A stretch of DNA of 64,000 bases, taken from the NCBI GenBank assembly GCA_036732725.1, contig DAINBV010000012.1, positions 13,524-77,523 on the forward strand, written 5' to 3'. The stretch comes from Geobacteraceae bacterium (GTDB taxonomy: Bacteria > Desulfobacterota > Desulfuromonadia > Geobacterales > Pseudopelobacteraceae). The stretch's first letter is position 1. Each line of letters starts with the position of its first letter. Position numbers and translations under genes: made by a program. Below, in pieces: positions 39,469-50,200 of this stretch. Under the pieces are notes generated by a model. That model made no database searches. It was not told the origin of the DNA and worked only from the letters and a program-made list of their open reading frames with translations.

Positions 39469-40815
39469 GTGGAAGAAACATTAAAGCAAAAAGTCAGCAT
39501 GGTCAGCCTCGGCTGCCCCAAAAATCTGGTGGACGCCGAAGTCATGCTGGGAGTGCTGTCACAAAATAATTTTGAAATCACCACTGATGAAAAAGAAGCC
39601 GATATTATCATTGTCAACACCTGTTCTTTTATCAAGGAAGCCAAACAGGAGAGTATCGACGCCATCCTTGACCTGGCCGAACGCAAGCATGACGGGCATT
39701 GTCACACCCTGATCGTATCCGGTTGCCTGCCGCAACGCTACCAGGAAGAACTGGCTGCCGAACTCCCCGAAGTTGATATTTTCATAGGAACCGGCGACTA
39801 CCCCCGGATTGCCGAAATAGTGGCAGAAAAAACCGGCACAACCGACCAACTCCGTTACATAGGGGATCCTGACTTCATTTACGACGAAAATTTGCCACGC
39901 CTGAACTCCTCCCCCTCCTGGTTTTCCTATCTCAAAATCGGTGAAGGGTGTTCCAACTGCTGTTCATACTGCATTATACCCAAGCTACGCGGTTCCTACC
40001 GCTCCCGCCCATTGGAGGCGCTGGTAGCAGAAGCGGAAAAGCTGGTCGGACGGGGAGTCAAGGAGATCAACCTGATTTCCCAGGACATTACCCGCTACGG
40101 CAGTGACTTTAATGATGGAACCACACTGGAAATGCTGGTCAGCCGCCTGACCAGGATTGAAGGTCTTGCCTGGATTCGTCTCCTGTACGCCTATCCGGAT
40201 GGGATCAGCGACAATCTGATCCAGTTGATTCGCGACGAGCCGAAAGTGTGCAAATACCTCGACATTCCGATTCAGCACATTTCCGATCCGGTACTGACAG
40301 CCATGAAACGCCGCAGCACCGAGCAACAGATTCGTGATCTGGTGAGCAAGCTGCGCACGGAAATACCGGGCATTGCCCTGCGAACCTCGCTGATTGTCGG
40401 CTTTCCAGGAGAAACCCAGGACGACTTCGCCAAGTTGCTCCATTTTGTCGAGCAGACCCAGTTCGACCGCTTGGGCGTATTTTGTTATTCGCGGGAAGAA
40501 GGGACCTCGGCGGCCGAGATGCCGGATCAGGTCAGTGAACGGATCAAGCGGGAACGTTACCGCAAACTGATGCGCAGCCAGGCACGCCTTTCATTCCGCC
40601 GCAACCGGCTGTTGATCGGAACAACGGAACAGGTCGTGGTCGAAGGCTATTCGGAAGAAACCGAGTTACTCCTCAAAGGACGATCATCCCGCCAGGCACC
40701 GGACATCGACGGACAGGTGTATATCACATCCGGCAACGCCAACATCGGTGACATTGTGACCCTTAAAATCACCGACTCTTCCGATTATGACCTGATTGGA
40801 GAGATCGTCGATTGA
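39469..40815 (+). CDS. rimO: Ribosomal protein S12 methylthiotransferase
   Basis: MTTase N-domain [13 protein letters not shown], radical-SAM CSNCCSYC, and C-terminal TRAM domain. I prefer GTG 39469 (RBS AAGGGGA), giving 448 aa. The 5' extension to 39283 has no homology features. Confidence 0.9.
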   Translation: MEETLKQKVSMVSLGCPKNLVDAEVMLGVLSQNNFEITTDEKEADIIIVNTCSFIKEAKQESIDAILDLAERKHDGHCHTLIVSGCLPQRYQEELAAELPEVDIFIGTGDYPRIAEIVAEKTGTTDQLRYIGDPDFIYDENLPRLNSSPSWFSYLKIGEGCSNCCSYCIIPKLRGSYRSRPLEALVAEAEKLVGRGVKEINLISQDITRYGSDFNDGTTLEMLVSRLTRIEGLAWIRLLYAYPDGISDNLIQLIRDEPKVCKYLDIPIQHISDPVLTAMKRRSTEQQIRDLVSKLRTEIPGIALRTSLIVGFPGETQDDFAKLLHFVEQTQFDRLGVFCYSREEGTSAAEMPDQVSERIKRERYRKLMRSQARLSFRRNRLLIGTTEQVVVEGYSEETELLLKGRSSRQAPDIDGQVYITSGNANIGDIVTLKITDSSDYDLIGEIVD

Positions 40816-40885
40816 TGTAACAGCGGCGAGCAGGCAGCTTGCCGCTGCCCCGTAGAGCTGAGCTTGATTCCATGGAAGGTGAACC

Positions 40886-43662
<2,777 letters not shown>

Positions 43663-43784
43663 TTTATCCTATCCCGGAGAAACGGGATGCCTGCATAAAC
43701 AACCATTTTCTTGCCAACAAGCAGGGAAAACAACTTCTATCTCACCAGCGGGGGGATCCATTCCGGTGTATCTCCCCTCCTTTC

Positions 43785-44741
43785 ATGCTGACATCCCGAA
43801 GCCATGACACCATGCACACCCCAACCGTCGACATTGTAGTTCCTGTCTGGAACAACCCCTTTGAAACCCGCGCCTGCCTGGCCGCTCTGCTGGAACACTC
43901 ACCAGACGCCCGCCTGATAATCGTTGCCAATGGAAGCAGCCGTGAAACGGAACTGATGCTGGAAGAATTTTCCGAAGCATTGGGAGAGCGCGGACTTTTC
44001 CTGATATCCGATCGCAATCTCGGCCTGGTTGCCGCGCTCAACCGCGGACTGGCCCGCTCCGACAGCGACCTTGCCATCATTGTTCACCCCATGACACTCG
44101 TCTCTACCGGCTGGCTGCAATGCTTGTTGACAGCTGCAGAGGCGCCCCAGGCCGGCATAGTTACCCCGATCTTTCACGGTGACGGCATGCCCCAGGTCAC
44201 ACCGCCGGTTAAGGGGTGCAGCCAGATGGAGACCTGTTCACTCTCATTTTCAGCACTGCTGTTGCAGGGAACGATGCGCATGCTGATCGGTGGTTTTGAT
44301 GAGGGGTTGGATGGAGGAGAATGGTGCCTGGCCGATTACCGGCGACGGGGAGAGCAGGCCGGCTATCACAGTTACGTCACAGCAAAGGTCAACCTGTACT
44401 GCCGGGGGGATCAAAGTTTTGGCTTTGGCTCACTGCAACGCCGGCAGCAACAACGTGAAGCAAGCTCTCTCATATGCCAGCAACGGTGGGGGACAACCGA
44501 GGAACTGTGCCTCTATCCCGGAAAACAGGCCACGCCGGAGGAAATTGAAAAGCTGATCGAACAGGCACTGCCGGCCGCCCGGCAGGGAAACACGGTTATC
44601 CTGCTGCTGCACTGGCAGCAACATCGGGAGTGCTGCAAACGCGGCTGGCATGGGGTGCATACCGGCATTATCCTCTCCCGTCTCCCCCTGATCGGCGCAC
44701 GGGATGCGCTCAAGCGAATCACTACCACCCCCACGCTCTGA
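43785..44741 (+). CDS. Family-2 glycosyltransferase
   Basis: VDIVVPVWNN...CL.ALL....D.RLIIV.NGS...T and N.G...A.N.G motifs of GT2. Start uncertain (43785 or 43812; no clear RBS). Confidence 0.75.
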   Translation: MLTSRSHDTMHTPTVDIVVPVWNNPFETRACLAALLEHSPDARLIIVANGSSRETELMLEEFSEALGERGLFLISDRNLGLVAALNRGLARSDSDLAIIVHPMTLVSTGWLQCLLTAAEAPQAGIVTPIFHGDGMPQVTPPVKGCSQMETCSLSFSALLLQGTMRMLIGGFDEGLDGGEWCLADYRRRGEQAGYHSYVTAKVNLYCRGDQSFGFGSLQRRQQQREASSLICQQRWGTTEELCLYPGKQATPEEIEKLIEQALPAARQGNTVILLLHWQQHRECCKRGWHGVHTGIILSRLPLIGARDALKRITTTPTL

Positions 44742-44853
44742 TTATTACATTTTTGCGTACATGCTTCGCGACAGATCCTGGCACAACCATGAAAATATTG
44801 CATAGCTGCCACAATTAGTCATGTAACAAATTATCATCATTACACATTGCATT

Positions 44854-44869
44854 TGGCATTATCTGTGCT
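44854..44869 (+). promoter_or_regulatory. Candidate sigma-54 (-24/-12) promoter of the pilin-like operon
   Basis: TGGCATTATCTGTGCT: GG (44855-56) and GC (44867-68) are separated by exactly 10 nt (consensus TGGCAC-N5-TTGCW). It lies about 93 nt upstream of ATG 44962. Confidence 0.35.
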
Positions 44870-44961
44870 TACACTATCTACGCTTGTCACCATAAAGCTG
44901 AAACCATCCCGTTTGATCTGCAGACAAATCATTACGGACGATTCATTTTATAGAGGTTGAA

Positions 44962-45438
44962 ATGCATTCCATGACTACTCAAAAAAGCATCAATACAACG
45001 GCAAAGCCAAAAACAAAAGGTTTTACGTTGATAGAATTACTGGTAGCGCTGGTTATTGTCAGCATCAGTTTCATGGCCATCCTTCCTTTGCTCTGGAATA
45101 CCATGAATGTGAACAAAACAACGGATCTTGGAGTAAAGGCTCGGGATTATGCCACTCAAAAAGTTGAAGATTTAATGTCCAGATCCCGTGGAGAAATTGA
45201 CCCTCTTGTAGACAATACAGATAGAGAATTTAAAAGCAGTGGAGAGTACCTGTCTCTAAAAGGTGATGTGCTTACTTCTATAACTGACCCAAATAAAGTT
45301 TTTACACGTACTTGGGGCATAAAAGAAGTTCCAGGTGTTACTGTTGACCCCAAACCGGTAATTTTTACGTGTGTAGTCTCGTATACCTACAAAGGCCAAA
45401 CTCGAACAAGGTCGTTTAGCACCTTGTGGAGCTTCTGA
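44962..45438 (+). CDS. pilV: Type IV minor pilin, PilV-like (prepilin-type N-terminal cleavage/methylation domain)
   Basis: KTKG/FTLIELLVALVIVSISFMAILPLL: class III signal with Gly-1, Phe+1, Glu+5. The leader of 17-20 aa is unusually long. Confidence 0.75.
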   Translation: MHSMTTQKSINTTAKPKTKGFTLIELLVALVIVSISFMAILPLLWNTMNVNKTTDLGVKARDYATQKVEDLMSRSRGEIDPLVDNTDREFKSSGEYLSLKGDVLTSITDPNKVFTRTWGIKEVPGVTVDPKPVIFTCVVSYTYKGQTRTRSFSTLWSF

Positions 45439-46640
45439 TGTGTAAATCAAAGCGACTAAACAATTTAGGCTTCACGTTGATTGAGGTGATTATATCGCTG
45501 GCGTTCTTTGGCTTGCTCATGGGTGCCGTATATTCAACCTTTGGCATTATTGGTGATCAAGTAGCTAAAACTAGTACAGAAAATTTACTATCAGACAAAG
45601 GCCAGCGAATTTTAGCGTTCATGGAAGAAGACCTACGCATGATCGGACACCTGTTGCCAACAGAAGCACAAATTCCTATTTGCACGACCAACACACCACC
45701 TGGTTCAGCTTCCACCAATTCCAATCTGATAACATTTCAAAAAGGTACCGTTCCTTCCAACGCTAAGGATCCGGGTCCATATGATAAATTTACGTTTATT
45801 ACATCGGAACCGGTTCGCATTAAAGAAAACACCACATCATGCATGACAGGTCAAAAAGATGCCGCAGGAACCATCCGCAGCGATTATTATTTGTCCACGA
45901 TAGGAACAAACCAAAGATGTTCAAATGATGACACCATCAATTGTAATGATGATACAGCATGTGGTGCGGGTACATGTCAGATCCTTGCCAAGGTAGAGGT
46001 TGATGCAGGCTCTACTTGCTACGAGGATGAAATTGCAGCTGTCAGTGGTTCTGCCAATGGGCGCTCCTTTGTTACCTTTGAATTCGCAGACAAAGTGTTT
46101 TATTCACTAAAATCCATCGGAAATATCCTAACGGTGAATGAATCGCCAGACCGGCGTATCCAGGACAATGCTACCGTGTACAGCGTACGTCAGTACAGCT
46201 ACCAAGTTGATACAACAGGTGGTAAACGGAATTTACGTCGCATCGGCTGGGATACGGATTGTGCAACAGCAGGCGACATGATTTCCAATCTGATCACAAC
46301 GGCAGACACAGCAAATAAAGCTGGCGGAGTAGATGCTTTACAATTTGAGTTTACCAGTTATGACCAAAACGCTACCACCGCCAGCCAGTTAATTAATACA
46401 ACAAAAGCAGTTCCGGAACCATCAAACCTGCGATACATAAAGATATGGTTACTGTTGAGAGCTGATAAGGCGGACAAAAACTATATAAATACCGATACCT
46501 ATACGCTTGGCACGACAACATCCGGCTACTATGCTGACGGTTCAACACCGATCATAAAAGGTCCCTACAACGACAGCTACCGCAGAGTCCTTGTAAGTAA
46601 AATCGTGGAGGTAAGGAATCTTGCGCCCATATCGCATTAA
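45438..46640 (+). CDS. pilW: Type IV minor pilin, PilW-like, enlarged (about 400 aa)
   Basis: MCKSKRLNNLG/FTLIEVIISLAFFGLLMGAVYSTF prepilin signal. The ATG overlaps the upstream TGA (TGATG). Typical PilW proteins are smaller. Cys-rich insert at aa 161-200. Confidence 0.7.
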   Translation: MCKSKRLNNLGFTLIEVIISLAFFGLLMGAVYSTFGIIGDQVAKTSTENLLSDKGQRILAFMEEDLRMIGHLLPTEAQIPICTTNTPPGSASTNSNLITFQKGTVPSNAKDPGPYDKFTFITSEPVRIKENTTSCMTGQKDAAGTIRSDYYLSTIGTNQRCSNDDTINCNDDTACGAGTCQILAKVEVDAGSTCYEDEIAAVSGSANGRSFVTFEFADKVFYSLKSIGNILTVNESPDRRIQDNATVYSVRQYSYQVDTTGGKRNLRRIGWDTDCATAGDMISNLITTADTANKAGGVDALQFEFTSYDQNATTASQLINTTKAVPEPSNLRYIKIWLLLRADKADKNYINTDTYTLGTTTSGYYADGSTPIIKGPYNDSYRRVLVSKIVEVRNLAPISH

Positions 46641-47247
46641 AAACATTATTGATAATCAGCAGGGGATTGCCCTTATTTCAGCCCTACTGATTACACTTCT
46701 GTTGACACTTGTTGTTGTTGCACTTTCTTACCGGGTTGGAATGCTCAGCCTTGGAGCGCGAGACCATGTTATCAAAAGCCAGAGTATCTATACTGCGGAA
46801 GTAGGCCTAAACAAGGCACGCTATTTCCTCCACGCAGGTGATTGTGACCCGGGTAAGTTTGAAGCCTGTATCCCTGGGCTCAACTACAATTCTTTTGTCA
46901 ACATCTCAACTGCTATCAAAGGTGTTTTTACAACAGCCACCAAACCGGGAAAAATTACGCTTGGTGGTGTTGACTTTGACTATGACAGTCCCGGTTCTCT
47001 CTCTGCTGACCTCAATACTTCCAACTACACTGTCTATGCAAAACGAAGTAATCTGGGGAAAGTGATCCATATCATGGCCGTTTCCTCACGACCTGGTTCA
47101 AAAGAGGGCGATATGACTCAGACTATTATTGATGCCGGGTTGTTGTATGACGATGAATGCAACGATTCAAAACAAAAAGGCGGAAGTGCTGCGCGAAAAG
47201 GAAAATATTGTAGCGATGTAACATCACTTACTGCGGCTAACAGATAG
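46621..47247 (+). CDS. pilX: PilX-like minor pilin (PilX N-terminal domain)
   Basis: NQQGIALISALLITLLLTLVVVALS...IYTAEVGLNKARYFL matches the PilX_N pattern (QxG-A-L, no Phe+1). TTG start with GGAGG RBS; 20-nt overlap with the upstream gene. Confidence 0.65.
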   Translation: MRPYRIKNIIDNQQGIALISALLITLLLTLVVVALSYRVGMLSLGARDHVIKSQSIYTAEVGLNKARYFLHAGDCDPGKFEACIPGLNYNSFVNISTAIKGVFTTATKPGKITLGGVDFDYDSPGSLSADLNTSNYTVYAKRSNLGKVIHIMAVSSRPGSKEGDMTQTIIDAGLLYDDECNDSKQKGGSAARKGKYCSDVTSLTAANR

Positions 47248-47257
47248 GAGGAGAATC

Positions 47258-50200
47258 ATGAATTTTATAGGTAACAAATTACGCATACTGGCTATTGCAA
47301 CAATAGCATTGCTCGTATCAGTTATTCCCTCATTGGCAACGGACAGAACCTTCAGCACCGGATCATATATTATCTCCGCTGATTCTTGCTGGCAACCAAA
47401 TGGAGATACAAAGAACACAACCAATGCCATTGGCTGTGACACAAATACGAATGATCAGTCGATTTTTCAGGTATACGGCTTATTATACGCTTTGCTAGAC
47501 ACCGGCGACCAACCTGACAAATGCGAAAATAATGATGGTTCCATGCCACAACAAAAAGCCATGCTCGGGTATTGCAAACAAGTCAAAGTATACTGGGTAA
47601 TAAAAGCCGACAAGGCATCACCACATGATGTGGATTTACAGTTAACAACCATTGATACTGCCATAAATCCGATTGTATCGATCTATAATAGCGCAAAAAC
47701 AGGAGCCGGCAATTCAACGCAGGCGGTAAATTACCGCGGTGGCCCATTTGTCATTGATGCCAATGGTATAACAGACGCAGAGTTTGCCACTATTAAAACA
47801 AAATTTCCCGCAGTAAAGATCCATAAAGCAAATATAGGCTTTTCGGGTAATGTCGATAAGGTTTTGATTGGGAAACCACCTAAAATTGGTGTGTTGAGCG
47901 AGGGCAATAGTGATGTTCTTGAGGATTATATTCGTGCAGCAGGACAATTTGCCTGGAAAGGAGTTGTTTTCCAGTATGTCGGTGCGCGGGATATTATCGC
48001 CGGATGTCTACAAGATCCTATTCCTGCCACTTGCCTAGCCAGAAATGCAACCAAAGCGAATGCTAATAAAATTACCGTGCCATTTCAATTGCTCTGGGCA
48101 CCGCATTGGGAAATTGAGAACAAGTGGACTGGCGAAAGCACAACACCATCTGCTGCAGACCAAACATCTGTCGTTGCCGAAATCAGGGCTTTCCTTGAAA
48201 GGGGTAATTCAGGATTCTTTGAATGTGCCTCAATCGGTAGTTTGGAAGCGTCGCATTCGGTTACAGATATTGGGATGAGTGTTTCAGCCGGCACGGGGGG
48301 ATTTCTTGTTTCAAACACAAAAACAGTACCCCGCCTTGAAGTAAACAAGGGCTGTTTTAAAGGCTACAACAACCCAAACTCAAAAGACTGTACCAGCAAT
48401 TATATCGTGCCGGAGGCAGTACCGTTTTGGCTGACACAATGTGGCGGATGGGACTACAAGCCGACAAGTGGCCTGATAGATAGTATGCGCCCAGTGTATA
48501 ACACTACAACACCGGCGAACTCCTATACTTATTTAACAACCAAAATGGCAAACGATTCGGGTACAACTGTGGATGACCGATATGTCGGCACACAGATGAC
48601 ACGTTTTCTCCATGATGATTCTACCAAGCTGAACACCGCTTACACCGATGGTACTGATCATTATCACGTATATGACTATCTAGTCGGCGGTAGAATTAAC
48701 GGGTCGCCCACCCAGGGATACCTGATTTATTTCCCTGGCCATAAATATATTTCCTGCAAGAACAGCACAACATTTGCGTATCCGCCGTCACGTACACTTG
48801 AAATTTCATTCGACGCCATAACTCCTGTAAAGGATCCCCTGTTGAGCGGCATCGTTCCTGAAAATAGCATCATATATGCCGAGATTGTACATGCAAATTG
48901 TACACAAGGAAGCACCTGTCCCAAAATCAGTTATAATTTGACGACCAAATCAGGAACAAGATCAGCAGACACCTGGGTTGACGCAAGTGCTGAATTTGCT
49001 ACCTACAACACCGTAACAAACAAGCTGGAAGGGGTCTTTTTTACCAGTGCATTTGCCGAAGCAACTCTAACCTCACTTTTGGTAAGTGATATTTATGTGA
49101 CCTATGATAGCAATACAAATAATACAAAACTGTCAAGTATCGTTGATGTGACAGATGCATCTGCAACAATCACGCTGTGCACACCTCCGTCCCCCGGAGA
49201 TAGTACGACGCCATCATCTGTAACAGTCAACTGTTCATCAAGTGGTGTCGTACCGAACTCCATCAATTTACAATTTGATGGCAACGTTGATGTTGGAACC
49301 CGTCTGATCAATATAACCGCAAAAACCAGCACCGGTTCTGCTGTCGGAACCTATGACTTGTCAACCAACACCGGATCAGGCGCTACAAGTGCGGGAGGAG
49401 TTACCCTTGATTTAAGTACCGCAAGCTATGATGCACTTGCCTTTACGTTAAAAAATGTAAAAATGTACCCGACAGCAAGCTGTGCAGCTGTTAGTTTAAC
49501 AGATTTTAGTGCTGATTTTCCCGGCGGGTCAACCAAACTAACGCAGGTAACCAATACAACCACCAGTAAGACACTCTGTTCACCTGGTGTTACCTCGCCG
49601 GCCAGCTGTACTTCGGTGGCTGCAACGTCATCAGCCGGAACGATTACTATCGCAACGGAGCTTCAATTCAAAGAACGCTATGTTGATGATTACCTTAAAA
49701 ATACAGCCAGTGACTCTGAAATCACACTGTCAATAAAATACAGCTGCGGCAGCGGTTGCAGTGGAACAGTTAGTAATAAATATAAGCCAAAAACCACAAA
49801 CACAGGTAATCCGACTGGAAACTTGACCGATACTGATACATATCTTCGTATTGATTCAAGAACCGCATATTTTGGTACAGGTGACAACAGATACATTCTG
49901 AAAGATATTTTTCTGACTAATAAAAATTCTTCCAAGACGGTTACGATAACTGAAGTAAGTGTGACCTTTGCGGATCATAAGGAAGGCAGTATTTTTACTA
50001 CTCAGAAGTTATATAAGTTGCGCGATACGACGAACAATGCGGATATTGTTTCTGATAGCAACGGAAAAGCATCAGTAGCGTCCTGGACCGGTAAAAGCTA
50101 TGAAATCAAGAACGGCTCAAGTGGCGGTGGTTCAACCACTTGGAGCTATAGCATGAGTGCCGGGACATGCAATTACTATCTTGGTCCTTATTTAAGTTAT

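Noticed and set aside
43668-43690. ATCCCG-GAGAAA-CGGGAT hairpin after mreB as a terminator
   Set aside because: It has only a 6-bp stem and no downstream T-run, which is too weak to call.
44786-44812. TGGCAC...TTGCA as a sigma-54 promoter
   Set aside because: The distance between the GG and the GC of TTGCA is about 18 nt, not the required 10 nt. The 44854-44869 site fits better.
47258-48800. A vWA domain at the N-terminus of the PilY1-like protein
   Set aside because: No DxSxS MIDAS motif or vWA-like beta-alpha periodicity with conserved T and D residues could be found by eye.
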